A stretch of 64,000 nt of DNA, taken from assembly GCF_006345805.1 (NCBI RefSeq), contig NC_043002.1, forward strand, positions 85,684,001 to 85,748,000, written 5' to 3'. This document shows positions 39,656-53,525 of this stretch, piece by piece. The notes under the pieces are model-generated. The model had not been told where the DNA came from. It did no database searches and saw nothing but the letters and a program-made list of their open reading frames with translations. Numbering within the stretch: the first letter of the stretch is position 1; each line of letters begins with the position of its first letter. A program made the position numbers and the translations under genes. The stretch comes from Octopus sinensis. Taxonomy: Eukaryota.

Positions 39656-40164
39656 CTCACAACTTACCTGTTATATTCATAACTTACCAAAGCTCATGGA
39701 GTGTTCACAAAAATTTCTGTCAATCTAGAATTCTATGCAGTACTGTTTTTGGATGAAGGTTAGATTCTACAAAAGCAACATTGAGTTTGCTTTAATGTAT
39801 AAATTAGAACATTGGTGAGTAGTAAAAGGAGACATGAATGTGATAACTATGTCTACAGTAAGTGTCTGATGAAAACCTATTTATTTCTGGCACAACAAAG
39901 TATCAAATGAGGATCTGTATTGCAAAACCTATAGCAATAGTGTAGTTCTCTAATCAAAATGTCAACTGACTCAGCCATGATCACAGAGTAGGCCAGAAAA
40001 GGATTTTAAAGTAGCATTATGATAGATAGCATCTGGAATGTGAAAACCTGGATGACCAAAGAATACAATTGAAGATGAACTGAGAGAAAGACATTCTCAT
40101 GAGTGTTGCTAAAGACCAGCCCAAATGGTAACAAATCTTTAGTTTTTAACTGAGAAGAAGATTA

Positions 40165-40166
<2 letters not shown>

Positions 40167-40196
<30 letters not shown>

Positions 40197-40440
40197 TAAT
40201 AATAAATTCTTTTATTTGCCACAAGGGCTGACAAAAATTAATTATAACATAAAGGGACAAAACAGGACGAAAGGTTACAAAGGGTTTTGTCCGTTTGTAA
40301 AATCCGAGTAAAAAAGCAGTTTAACAATGAAAGATTATAACAACGAAAAACTCCCAATAGGGGGAGGCGTTACGAAAGGTTCCTGGTGGAAAAACTCATA
40401 AAAGCCAATGGGAGCCTGGTCAAAAGCGGAGTAGAGAGCC
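40167..40440 (-). mobile_element. LINE-like 3' end with (TTA)n tail
   Basis: Minus strand ends ...gtcctgttttgtccctttatgtt...agcccttgtggcaaataaaagaa(tta)n. Confidence 0.5.
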
Positions 40441-40469
40441 CCTTTCTCTTTTTGTAATACCTTTTTAAA

Positions 40470-40740
40470 TTACAGGTGTATCCTCAGAATGGCTCCTTTT
40501 ACACTGGCCATTCTTGACACCCATGTTAGTGTTGTGATAGCTTTATGGGCTTCAAAGATATATGATACACTACAAGTTATTGCCCAAGACCATACTGACA
40601 AGATGTGTAGAGGGGAAGAGAGCTATGAAAGATATTTGCAGACTGGCAAAATCAAAAAATGTACTGGGAACAAAAGCCTGGATGATTGTATGCATGCAAC
40701 ACAACACAGAGGCAACTGGAGTATATTGACAAGCTGATGA
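40470..40740 (+). pseudogene. RTE C-terminus relic
   Basis: LPKTILTRCVEGKR and IKKCTGNKSLDDCMHATQHRGNW in two frames. Confidence 0.45.
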
Positions 40741-41099
40741 GGAAATATCCATAACTATATACAACATTAGGCTTGCTGTGTATATACAGTGTGTATCAAT
40801 CCTTCATATTCTTGTGATAGATTACATTGGCTACTTGACTTTTCATGACCAGACACATATATCAATCAGTAACAAGCTCTTTGTAAACTTCCCCCTATGA
40901 AATCTGGTTATGTATTCCACAAAGCAGATCTGCTGCTACTTACAGTGATGTCATATATCAACATCCCTGTGGAACTTATTTACAGTTTAGTAGACTATGT
41001 ATGTTGGGAATTAAAATATCTTGGCAATGAACAAGTACATGAAATCACTAGTAATCTAACAGAAACTTCTGATTACTTTTCTATCTGGTCATCCTGTAT

Positions 41100-41900
41100 G
41101 TATCAGATTCTACCATTTATGCTCCTATTCTGTTAATGCCTTCTGAAATACTGGAAGTATTTCACTTTTGCATACAATGCAAATTCTCTTTAGAAAGCAC
41201 ATGAGTGTCACATTTTGACATTTCATTTCCTCTAAGAATATCAAGTTTCTCTGTTTCTTGTGTTTGATTGCATGTTCAACAAAATTCTGACATAGATACT
41301 GTCAATCTATTTATTCAACACTAACACTAAATATTTTATCTTTCTCTTCAAGAAAGAGTCTTGCCTGAAATATTAGAGATCCAGGGATGATGCCAGAGCA
41401 TTCAGCTTCCAAGGCCACTCTCTCAGTGTGCATCCCTTTCTCTTTGACTCACAATATGCACATCCTTCTCTCTGACCTACTAAATGCATCCCATCTTCAA
41501 TATTATATAATATTATACAGTCATCGCCCACTTTACACTAACTGAAAAATGCAGTCACCAACATGAAATGTATAGTTTTGTGATTGTACATATTATTGAG
41601 CAACTGTATTGTCAGAAAAAAATTTGAAATGTGTCATGCCACACCAAATCATGTGACAACAAGTCATAACTTCAAGTGAATATCCTTCACATCCACTGCC
41701 CCTACCCCTCGCCTCTCTCCTCCATCCTCTTCTATTTCAGGAACAACTTGAACTTCTCTCTTTATTTCCAAGTTTACATGTTCTTTTAGCTGGGTTAAGA
41801 AATTCTGAAGTTCTTCAGAATTGCTTTGTTGCTCCCAAATCTGAGCACCCAACGTGCAATCATTTGGTTTCCTTAATGTAACTCTGTAGATGTCTGTTTA
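41100..41900 (-). pseudogene. RTE apurinic-endonuclease domain relic
   Basis: EELQNFLTQL, KGCTLREW, K*IDSIYVR and CDTHVL resemble the APE motifs (E.FY..L, RG..L.E, QIDYIL, SDH). Confidence 0.4.
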
Positions 41901-41959
41901 CCCTTGAAACAAAACCACTTATTCTACTTTACAAATGTTTTACACATGCCGTTTGATGA

Positions 41960-42300
41960 CATAGACCACCGTTAGGTTCATTAGATTCTATTGTTACAAG
42001 TGCATATATAACACTTTGACTTCTTTGACACTGTTTCCCCGGTTTCTGTGGCGTATGTGTTCCCCCTAGCTGGATGGGATGCCAGTCCATCGCAGCGTTA
42101 CCCAAGAAACAGGAAGAAAGAGTGAGAGAAAGTTGGGGTGAAAGAGTACAACAGGGGTCGCCACCATCACTAGCCAGAGCCTCGTGGAGCTTTAGGTGTT
42201 TTCGCTCAATAAAAACACACAATGCCTGGTCTTGGAATCGAAACCATGATCCTCCGACCGCGAGTCCACTGCCCTAACCACTGGGCCATTGCGCCTCTAC
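41960..42300 (-). mobile_element. SINE family C
   Basis: Reverse complement of the ggcgcaatggcccagtggttagggcag...ggtttcgattcc head and body. Confidence 0.8.
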
Positions 42301-42449
42301 AGATTCCATTGTTACGTGTACATATATAACACTTTGACCTCTTTGATACTGTAAAGTGGCCTCTATATGATCACTCCATTGATGCCCAAAACTACACCCA
42401 AATCCATGTGGTTGTGAAGCAAACTTCTTAACCGCATATGTATATATGT

Positions 42450-42779
42450 GTGTCACACTTGTGCTGGTGGCACATGAAAAACATTCAAGAGAGGTCGTTG
42501 CCAGTGCCTCTGCACTGGCTCCTGTGCAGGTGGCACATAAAAAGCACCATTTGAGCGTGGCCGTTGCCAGTAATGCCTGACTGGCCCTCGTGCCAATGGC
42601 ACGTAAAAGCACCCACTACACTCTCGGAGTGGTTGGCATTAGGAAGGGCATCCAGCTGTAGAAACTTCGCCAGATCAGATTGGAGCCTGGTGCAGCCATC
42701 TGGTTCGCCAGTCCTCAGTCAAATCGTCCAGCCCAAGCTAGCATGGAAAGTGGACGTTAAACGATGATGATGACGATGA
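42450..42779 (+). mobile_element. RTE 3' UTR copy
   Basis: Shared body, ends ggacgttaaac(gat)n. Confidence 0.85.
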
Positions 42780-43199
42780 CCCTATTACTTGTTTCAGACT
42801 GTGGCCATGTTGTGGCACCACCTTGAGGAACTGTTACTCAAATGAATCAATTCCATTCATTATTTTCTTTATAAGCCTGGTACTTATTCAATCAGTTCAG
42901 TAACAGAGTCTAACAGAATAAATACCAGGCTTAAAGAAAAGAAAAGAATATAAATATTGAGATTGATTCATTTGACCAAAAATTCTTCCAGGTGGTGCCC
43001 CAACAGCCTAAGGAGTGAAAAAGGTAAAAGGTATAAGCATACCTACATGCATGTATTGCAGGTACACACACACTCACAATGTCTCTTTAATGTGTATGCT
43101 TCAAAAACTTTGTACAAGCAAAAAGTGAAAAAGAACATTCAATATGTATTGAAATGTTTTATTCTGTTTATTGTAAGCTGAAAATGTCACTAACCCGTA

Positions 43200-43575
43200 G
43201 GAGTGGCTGTGTGGTAAGTAGCTTGCTTACGAACCACATGGTTCCAGGTTCAGTCCCACTGCATGGCACCTTGGGCAAGTGTCTTCTACTATAGCCTCAG
43301 GCCGACCAAAGCTTTGTGAGTGGATTTGGTAGACGGAAACTGAAAGAAGCCCGTCGTAAATATGTATGTGTATGCTAGTGTTTGTCCCCCCAACATTGCT
43401 TGACAACCGATGCTGGTGTGTTTACGTCCCTGTAACTTAGCGGTTCAGCAAAAGAGACTGATAGAATAAGTACTAGGCTTACAAAGAATAAGTCCTGGGG
43501 TCGATTTGCTCAACTAAAGGCGGTGCTCCAGCATGGCCACAGTCAAATGACTGAAACAAGTAAAAGAGCAAAAGA
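43200..43575 (+). mobile_element. SINE family B, near full length
   Basis: tggctgtgtggtaag...ggttcagtccc head; ends gactgaaacaagtaaaagag. Further copies at ~47400-47830 and ~53135-53660 (minus). Confidence 0.85.
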
Positions 43576-44291
43576 GTAAACCCTTACTCTTAAGTTTCAG
43601 GTTTCTGATTTTAGCAAATGTGAAGCTTAGAGTAACAGTATGTAAAAGTAAAATGTGCAACCTTCAGCTTGTAATAAACTGTGATATATTCATGTGTGTG
43701 TGTGTGTGTGTGTGCATCTGTCTGTGTCTCTGTGTGTGTGAGAACGTGTGTGTGTGTGTTTTCAACTTGTGTAACCGCTTGTAAATATTACATCCAACAC
43801 TCATAACCTCTGATGTACCTTCTGAATTTAACTGAATGACATAGCCTTTTCTACACTTTGAACTACCTACCGTATAATAATATAGTAACATCACAATATT
43901 CAGCAGACAGTTGTCTCTGTCTTATATTTGTAATGATATCAAATCAGTAATGGGTACACAAAGAAATTGATTGATGCACACATACCAAAAAAATAAAAAG
44001 AAGAAAGCCCTTATAAATATCACTTTTCTTTCTCCAACACAAATAAGCTAAACTATATAAATAAACCAAGCAAAAATAAAGCAGACAGTTCCAGAGACAA
44101 TTTTGAACTCTTACCACAAAACATAAAAATCTTCTAAGAGGGCTAATTAAACTAAAATACATTGTACCAAACCTAGGGAAAAATGGAAAAATTCTATTTA
44201 GTTATGCACACACATACATTCACACACACTCACATATTGACAGATAGAAGATACATATACACACATGTATACATATGCATATGCATATATA

Positions 44292-44332
<41 letters not shown>

Positions 44333-44605
44333 TGTGATCACATAAGTACTCACATCAGTAATTCTCTCACTATATATATGTATATATAAAATATATAAAC
44401 ACTCACACACACACACACATACACACACATATAGAAGCACACATACAAAAGGCAAAATCAAATGTTTTCTCTAAATTAAAACACTTCACAAACTCTTATT
44501 CAGAATTTCATATAAGTAACTAACAGAGTCATATTATATGTGGGTGTGTGTGGGTGTGTGTGGTGTGTGTGTATATATATATATATTATATATATATATA
44601 TGTAA

Positions 44606-44643
<38 letters not shown>

Positions 44644-44677
44644 AAAGATATATATATATATATATATATATATGTAA

Positions 44678-44713
<36 letters not shown>

Positions 44714-44736
44714 ATATATATATATATATATAAAAC

Positions 44737-44778
<42 letters not shown>

Positions 44779-44900
44779 ATATATATAACATATATAAATA
44801 TGCATATATATCTATTATATATCTTTTATATATATATACACACACATACATAAAGATAAAAAGATATAAATAGATACATACATATATGTGTATGTATGTT

Positions 44901-44951
<51 letters not shown>

Positions 44952-44989
44952 GTGTGTGTGTGTGGTGTGTGTGTGTGTATATATATATA

Positions 44990-45200
44990 TTCTTTTCTTT
45001 TCTAGGCATAAAGCCCGAAATTTTGGGGTGAGAGGGCCAGTCAGTTAGATCAACCCCAGTATGCAACTGGTACTTAATTTATTGACCCCAAAAGGATGAA
45101 AGGCAAAGTTGACCTCGGCAGAATTTGAACTCAGAACATAAAGACAGACAAAATACCACTAAGCATTTCGCCCAGTCTACTAACATTTCTGCCAGCTTGC
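44990..45200 (-). mobile_element. SINE family A
   Basis: Shares ggatgaaaggcaaagttgacctcggcagaatttgaactcag with 2114 and 39436. Confidence 0.8.
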
Positions 45201-46627
45201 TGCCTATGTGTGTGTGTGTGTGTGTACTTATACATATATATCTATTTTATATTTTATATTTATGTATGTACATATACATATATGAATGTTCGATTTATAG
45301 GAAAGATCCAGAGGAACAATTACAAGGTAGCCAGATGTCACATAAGTGTCCTGGGAATTAGTGATCACATTTGCATGGGAATTAATTCCAAGGAGAAGTG
45401 AGACATGTTTCAGAGAACATAAGAATAATGGAAAATGATTTAAATAACATCTTGAATTTTTGTTGAAATAATGTTTCAACAATATGTATTCTTCTAACAC
45501 ATGCTACCATGGAAAAATGGCTGAAGCGAAAGGATACCACTTACACAGATGATGTTATTCATTTACTATTATATTAAGCAGTCAAGGCAAGAAGACACAT
45601 ACACATGCATACATAGATATACATATAAAAAGGGCTTCTTTCAGTTTCATCTGCCAAATTTTCTTATCAAACTTTGGTCAGCCCAGGGTTATAGTAGAAA
45701 ACACTTGCCCAAGTTATCATGCAGTGAAACTGAACCCATGACCATGTGGTTGAGAAGTAAACTTACCACACAATCAAGCTAAGCTACATGAAAGCAATTT
45801 TGCCACATGTTTGAAGCAGTAAGTCTTGCCTAGTGTACCTGGTAACATCAAAATAAACAGACTAATGTATTTGATTTACAGATTCAGTGAGAAAAATAAA
45901 CATTTATTTAATGGAAATTAACTAAAGTAATGTTTCACTTAAGTTTTTAAATATTCCAGTGTATTTTGTTCAGTCTTTCTCTCTCTTTCTTTCTACCTCT
46001 ATCTCTCCTCTGTCTGTTTCCTCTGTCTCCCTCTCTTTCTTTTTCTCTCCCTCTCCCTCTCTCCTTTTCTTTCACAAATATGCACAGGCACACACAAACA
46101 CACACACACACACACATGCATGCACACGCATGCATTCGTTGTAAAGTGACAATGACAGAAAGCTGGAAAATCCCCATAACCCTGTCCGACTGTCTTAACT
46201 TAAATAGGACTCTTCAATCATCTTTCACTCCTTCTCCCCTTCTCTCCTTCTTTCAGAGTTATGACAGATGCCACAGCAAAGAATGGAATGCTTGAATACA
46301 AGCTGACCTATTGAAATTTTATCTTCACACTGATGATAACAGTTCCTGGTTTAGATAAAACAAGAATTATTGTCTCCCATCCCTAAGATAATATCAAGCA
46401 ACATTTTTTTACTTTATTTATTTATACTACAATTTGTGAACTTAGAACATTGTAGGTTACCCGGGCTTCCAGTGAGTAAACACTTGTTTACTTTATTTCT
46501 GATAGTGGGAATGACAAGGGAGTATTTCTAACTTGGTGCTGAGCAAATTTCTGTTGGATACTTTGTTTAAAGTAGTGGTTCTCTACCGGGGTTCAAAAGG
46601 CCCTTAAGGATCCATATAAGATTTTTG

Positions 46628-47043
46628 GGATCTTTTTGGTTTGAACGGTAGTTTTTTCTAGCGGTGTCATATGAAATTGTCACCCATAATTATGACCCTA
46701 GTATCGATCTATTGCATTTCAATCTATTTTAGGGTTAGGGTTAGGGGTGGAGGGAAGGGTATCTTTTTTCTTCACAAATATAAATAAACTCAATCTGTTT
46801 CTTAAACAAGGGACATATTCATACAGCACAGAATGTTTTCACCTCAATAGACGGTCATTGATTGGTTGAAATTGCTGAAATACAAGAAATTAAAGACCAA
46901 ATATCTTACAAACTATAGAATTTTCTCAATAAAGCCAAGAGAAAAAGATGTTTTATAAACACATTCTACCAGTATGCGAAGTTTAAAATCATTTAGTTAC
47001 TTAGAAATTATGTTAAAAACTGCCATTCAAACCGAAAAGATCC
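46628..47043. mobile_element. Merlin-like MITE copy 2 (opposite orientation), nested in a cagtggtt-type element
   Basis: Same TIRs; TSD gatttttg / gatttttt (7/8); ttagggttagggttagggg inside. Confidence 0.8.
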
Positions 47044-47977
47044 GATTTTTTAAAATTAAAACTTATGTGTAATAAAATTAGCCAAGTTTCTTCAATGCAC
47101 AAAATATTTCAACAATTTTTTAAAACTGTTCCTAATAATATTCAGTTATAAAAATATAACAGGATTTTATTTAAACAAACCACCTGCCTCAGTTGTTAGC
47201 AGTCAAGACACTACATCCTTCAAAACTTCCACACTTCCTGAAATTAGCTGTACAACTGATGCCCCTCACTCCAATTTCTTCTTCCTTATTTTTTTTCTTT
47301 AAGAACTTTTCCACTGTTCACTTCTTCAGCATATTCTATGTACTGTTCATGCAGTTTTGGTTACTTTTTCTGATTAATTGAAGGACACCAGAGCAATGTA
47401 TACAATAAGTTCATTATATACATATATATCTTTTATCTTTTACTTGTTTCAGTCATTAGACTGCAGTCATACTGGGGCACTGAAGATTTCTTAGTTGAAT
47501 GTATTGACCCCAGTTTTTTTTTTTTTTTTAAGTCTGTACTTATTCTATCAATCTTTTTTGCTGAACCACTAGGTTATGGGGACATAAACACACCAACATC
47601 GGGACAAACATAGACACAAAGAGACACACACATAGATATGCATACATACATATATACATGCACACATATATATATATATACGACGGGCTTCTTTCAGTTT
47701 TCATCTACCAAATCCACTCACAAGGATTTGGTTGGCCCGAGGCTATAGTAGAATACACTTTCTCAAGGTGCCATGCAGTGGGACTGAACCTGGAACCATG
47801 TGGTTGGGAGGCAAGCTTTTTACCACACTGCCACTGGGTCCAGTAGTGTAAAATAGGGACCAAAGGGGTCCATAGGCATAAGGTGTTTGAGAACCACTTG
47901 TTTAAAGAATATTGTTGTGATGGTTTTCTCATTATGCTTGCATCCTTTGTTGATATGCGTCAGCAAAAGATATGTCC

Positions 47978-48034
<57 letters not shown>

Positions 48035-48049
48035 TATATATATCACCGT

Positions 48050-48340
48050 GATCACCGTGACTGACCAGGCTATCAGATGTTGCTACACATCGCTGGTTAC
48101 AATGCGCTTCACATTGTTTTAGCCTTCAAATGACGCCACCCCGCTGGCTAAGTGAGCAGGCCAACAGAAGAAAGAGTGAGAAAAAGTTGTACAGCAGGGG
48201 TCGCCACCACCCCCTGCCGGAGCCTCATGGAGCTTTAGGTGTTTTCGCTCAATAAACACTCACAACGCCTGGTCTGGGAGTCGAAACCACGATCCTACGA
48301 CCGCAAGTCTGCTGCCCTAACCACTGAGCTATTGTGCCTC
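48050..48340 (-). mobile_element. SINE family C
   Basis: Reverse-complement match to 52536-52830. Confidence 0.8.
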
Positions 48341-48828
48341 CACATATATATATACATGCACATATACATATATACATATATAAATAGATGGATGCCTGCA
48401 TATGCGTGCATTATATACTTTTTATGTTTTTCATTGTTTTAGTCATTGGACTGTAGCCATGTGGGGGCACTGCCTTGAATGGTTTTGTCAAACAAACTGA
48501 ACGCTACTACTTACATTTTAAATCTGCTACTTCTTTTATCAGTCCATTTTACTGAACTGCTAAGTTAGAAGAATGTGAACATACTAACACTAGTTGGTAA
48601 GCAAAGTTAGGGAATAACCATAAACACAAACACACATGCACACTCACACATACACGCACACACATGCATATATGACAGTCTTCCACACAGATTCCAGTCT
48701 CTAAATTCATTTACAACCACTGGTCAGTTCAGAGCTGTGGTAGAAGACACTTGCCCAAGACACCACACATTGGGACTGAACTCAAACTAAGTCCTTGCAA
48801 AGTGAGCCTCAAAACCTCAAAGCCATGC

Positions 48829-48875
<47 letters not shown>

Positions 48876-49039
48876 CGTGTGTGTGCATGCGTGTGGACAA
48901 ATGGGAGAAATAAGTAATTGTTCCAAGGCTCCTGTTGAATATTGAACCATTATATGTAGGTTCCTCAGCTCATTCCCCCCTATCATACTGTCTTGGTCAA
49001 CTGTATTGCTATAAAAAGCAAGGCTAGTTCAGAAAAATT

Positions 49040-49461
49040 GGATCTTTTTGGTTTGAACGGCAGTTTTTAACATAATCTCTAGGTAACTATATAATTTTAA
49101 ACTTCGTATACTGGTAGAATGTGTCTATAAAACATCTTTTTCTCTTGGCTTTATTGAGAAAATTCTATAGTTTGTAAGATACTTGTCGTATTTTTTCTTC
49201 AATTTCTGCAATTTCAACCAATCAGTGATGTCTAGAGTTAAAAAGCATTCTGCACCATATGAATATGTCCCTCGTTTAAGAAACAGATTGGGTTTATTTA
49301 CATTTGTGAAGAAAAAAGATACCCTTCCCCCACCCCTAACTTAACTAACCCTAATCCTAAAAGAGATTGAAATGCAACAGATCGATACTAGGGTCATAAT
49401 TATGGGTGACAATTTCATATGACACCGCTAGAAAAAACTGCTGTTCAAACCAAAAAGATCC
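49040..49461. mobile_element. Merlin-like MITE copy 3
   Basis: Same TIRs; perfect TSD gaaaaatt (49032-49039, 49462-49469). Confidence 0.85.
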
Positions 49462-50432
49462 GAAAAATTAATGTCTTTATAAACATAGCTCAGTCAGTCA
49501 GGTGGGTTGGTGTGTAACCAAATGAAAAGAAACCTACCCACCAATTACTCAGGTCTGACTATCTAGAAATCCCGTTAGTCCTTTTAAAAGCTGAGACTTT
49601 GATTTCCAAAACAGAATATTCTCAAGTGCTACACAGAGCTCCACTGATCAATATTGTGATGAGGTGTTATTATTTTCTTCTACAAACTGCCATTAATAAC
49701 CAAGACCAATTTTCATATAAATCACCAAAATATTCTATGCCATGAAGACTTTTAACTATCACAGTTGCTATCCATTTTATGATGATGTATTCAAATAATC
49801 CTTGTACACATGTAAATACAAATGGTCTGAGTGATAAAAAGTATGGAAACTTGTACAAATTTTTTTGTGTCGCCATTCCCGTCTTCACATGTAACCTACC
49901 TAATGCTATCTGCTACTAATGATAAATTAATAACTAAGATCAAGTAAATACTCCATAAATTATGCATTTTATATTTGTAGGTAGACAGGTAAAATTCACA
50001 TGCCCAATACTCAGTTTCATCGACATGAAAGCATGTGTCTGACATTTTCTCTCTTTATTTTTATTTATCATCATCATCATCGTCGTCATTATTATTATTT
50101 ACAAGCTAAGTGTTATCTGTTACTTTTATACTTTAGAAACATATACCCTGTTTAAGAGACCTGCATTGACATTTAACTGGTCCAACACTAAAAATGAAAG
50201 TAGGACACTTGCAACATTTGTGCTCTCTGTCTCTCTCTCTCTCTCCATTTACATATATTTATGGTCAGATAACCGAAGAGATGGTGGTGTGGATTTCCAC
50301 CTTGGCATCCAAAACTCAGAGTTTTATCTTGGCTACTGAATAATTGTCACATATTATTTTACAGATAAATTTCCTCTATTTACATAATATCAATTTCTCT
50401 TTCTTTCTTTTGTTATCTTACCGTTTTTACCA

Positions 50433-50493
<61 letters not shown>

Positions 50494-51374
50494 TAGATAG
50501 ATAGATAGATAGATATAGATATATAGGTACTAGCATGGCTGTGGTGGGGGTATGACTGTATGTGTGCGTGTTTGTGTTTGCCCCCCACCACCACTTGCCA
50601 ACTGGTATTGGTTTATTTACATCTCCATAACTTAGTGGCTCAGCATAAGAGACCAATACAATAATTACCAGGCTTATACTATTAAAAGTACTGTGATTGG
50701 TTCATTCAAGTAAGAGCCTTCAAGGCATGCCTTTGGATGGCTTCAGTCCAATAACTGAAATTTGTAAAAAAGATATTTATAAATTCTCTCTGAATCAGTT
50801 TCTGTTTCATTTAATGCTTATTAAAATTAGCATGGTAGGCATAGTGGTTACCTGTAAAATATAGACATGGGTTCTGCGACGAAATAATTTTGGCAACTAC
50901 TGCTTTGGATCATAAGTCTACCAGATTAAAGTAGATTTGGGGATGGCGGTAAACTAGAATAGCAACAACAACAACAGACACACAGAAGGAAAATGGCATG
51001 ATTGCATGCTTTGCAAGTAAGACAAGGTAATTAAAAACAGAGAATTCATTCATATAAAAGTCATATAATAATTTATTATTCATTCTAAAGTTAATCTGAG
51101 TTTAGAAAGTTAATGTTACAGAGGACATTGCCAGAGGATAGTATGCTTTTGTGTGAATGCCTGCTGAATACCAAATCTTCACCTTGTTACAACCTTAGCC
51201 TAATGATCAGTGTAGTAGCTTTGCAGTGTACTTTACCTGTGTTGTAGAGCCTCTCTGTGGTTGCTCATCCTGCTAGACATAGCTGCGAAATCTCTCTCAA
51301 ATTGCATGTTATTATCTTTCAAAATGGAAGGACACATATCATAATGTAGTTCTAGATATTTTTGTATTTGAAAT

Positions 51375-52447
51375 GACGCACACCACAGGAGACTTTTAAT
51401 GAAATGAAAGTAACTTATGGTGATGATGCCCCATCATATGACCTTGTAAAACGCTGGCATCGTGAATTCAAACATGGTCGGAACTCTGTGGAAACAGCTC
51501 CCAGATCTGGTCGCACCCTTCTGCCATTGATGAGGCATCTGTCTGTCAAGTTGAGGCTGCCATTTTGGAAGATCGACGCATAACTATTCGCCAAATAGCC
51601 CATGAGGTCAAGATTAGTACCGGGTCTGTGGAAACTATCATTCATGACATTTGCATATGCAAAAGGTGTCTGCCAGATGGATTTCCAGGTTGCTCACACT
51701 TTTCCAGAAGCAAGAACGCAAGAATTCCAGAAGCAAGAATTTAGGGATGTGCCAAGAAGATGAGTCAAAATTTTTCAAAAGACTGATTACACAGGATGAG
51801 ACCTGGGTCCATCACTATGATCCAGAGACCAAAGCCCAGTCAATGCAGTGGAAGCACCATGACTCACCTCCTCCAAAGAAGGCAAGGGTGCAGCCCTCTG
51901 CTGGCAAGGTCATGCTCACAGTCTTCTGGGACCAGGATGGAGTAGTGATGACAGATTTCCTGGCAAAGGGTACCACAATTACAGGAGCCTATCATGTTTC
52001 ACTTTTGAGGAAATTAAGAGAAGCTATCGAAACCAAGAGGCGGGGCAAGATCAGCAAAGGCATCCTCCTCCTGCAGGACAACACTCCGGTCCACAACTCG
52101 CGTGTCGCCAGATCAGAAGCACAGGCGTGCGGCTATGAACTCTTCCCCCATCCCCCTACTCTCCTGACCTTGCACCCTCTGATTTTCACCTCTTCCCAGC
52201 CATGAAGTTGTTTTTGAAAGGAAAGCATTTCCCAGATGATGCAGCCTTGATTTCTGAAGTCACTTTGTGGTTGGAGGACCAAGCTGGGATCTTCTACGAA
52301 AACGGTCTCCAGAACTGCATCAAACGATGGGAGAAATGCATACCTCTGGGTTGTTCCTATGTAGAAAAAGACTAATACCCTGTGCCAAGTTTCGTTGCTC
52401 TACTGCTATGGGAAGTGGGTCAGGGGCATTACTCATTGAACGCCCCT

Positions 52448-52449
<2 letters not shown>
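51375..52449 (+). pseudogene. mariner (DD34D) transposase, 5'-truncated and frameshifted
   Basis: WHREFKHGR..APRSGR; ITQDETWVHHYDPE; QDNTPVH...HPP(Y)SPDLAPSDF gives D34D after a 1-nt correction; ends YVEKD* then a TIR-like end. Confidence 0.9.
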
Positions 52450-52488
<39 letters not shown>

Positions 52489-52535
52489 ATATATATATAT
52501 ATATATATAGTATATATATGTATATGTGTGTGTGT

Positions 52536-52830
52536 GGAGGCGCAATGGCCCAGTGGTTAGGGCAGCGGACTTGCAGTCGTGGGATCGTGGTTTCGATTCC
52601 CAGACCAGGTGTTGTGAGTGTTTATTGAGCGAAAACACCTAAAAGCTCCACAAGGCTCTGGCAGAGGGTGGTGGCGATCCCTGCCACAACTTTCTCTCAG
52701 TCTTTCTTTTGTTGGCCTACTCGCTTAGCCAGTGGGGTGGCATCATTTGAAGGCTAAAACAATGCGAAGTGCATTGTGACCAGCGATGTTTAGCAACATC
52801 TGATAGCCTGGTTGGTCACGTGATCATGTG
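52536..52830 (+). mobile_element. SINE family C with intact Pol III boxes
   Basis: A box TGGCCCAGTGG (52546-52556), B box GGTTTCGATTCC (52589-52600). Confidence 0.85.
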
Positions 52831-52863
52831 ATATATATATATATATTTATATATATATATATA

Positions 52864-52907
<44 letters not shown>

Positions 52908-53479
52908 ATATTTATATATATATATATATTATATATATATATTTATAAATATAGAATAGTGGTACGACAATACACCAATATTTACTGGAAATTGCTGTCA
53001 ATAATATACGATGCTATAGTAAAACTTCACTGTATATATACTAGTAAAGATATATCCTGATGAATATAAAAGATTTCATCTTACCTGTAGGAGGAACATT
53101 ACTGGGTTGCAATACTATATATATATACATATATTCTTTTATTTGTTTCAGTCATTATTTGACTGTGGCCAAGCTGGAGCACCGCCTTGAAGGGTTTTAG
53201 TAAAAAAAAATCAATCCCAGGACTTTTCTTTGTAAGCCTAGTACTTATTCTATCAGTTTCTTCTGCTGAACCATTAAGTTATGGGGACATAAACACACCA
53301 ACATCGATTGTCAAGCAATAGTGGTGGGGACAAACACAGACACAAAGACACACACATAAATATTTATACATACACACACATATATATATTGTGTTCTTGA
53401 GCAAGATCCTTCATTTCACATTGCTCCAGTTCACTCAGCTGTAAAAATGAGTTGCGATATCAATGATACCATACCTTTT

Positions 53480-53525
<46 letters not shown>

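Noticed and set aside
40734-40760. Additional hammerhead: CUGAUGA-GGA/AAUA/UCC
   Set aside because: Stem II is followed by AUAA rather than GAAA, and there is no stem I/III pairing.
41664-41880. Protein-like ORF GAQIWEQQSNSEELQNFLTQLKEH as a host exon
   Set aside because: It and the adjacent 41100-41460 resemble decayed RTE endonuclease motifs in the expected order.
46257-46314. Plus-strand terminal exon VMTDATAKNGMLEYKLTY* after a strong pyrimidine tract
   Set aside because: No supporting upstream exon or recognisable homology; an alternative frame (SFF...KEWNA) resembles a CR1 C-terminus.
49670-49900. Hydrophobic ~75-aa minus-strand ORF (..FVFTCVQGLFEYIIIKWIATVIV..)
   Set aside because: No good splice acceptor, no recognisable family, and a length expected by chance in AT-rich DNA.
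52536-52610. Functional tRNA gene (also at 12934 and 42230-42300)
   Set aside because: A/B boxes are present but the acceptor stem and T terminator are not; the sequence runs into a SINE body.
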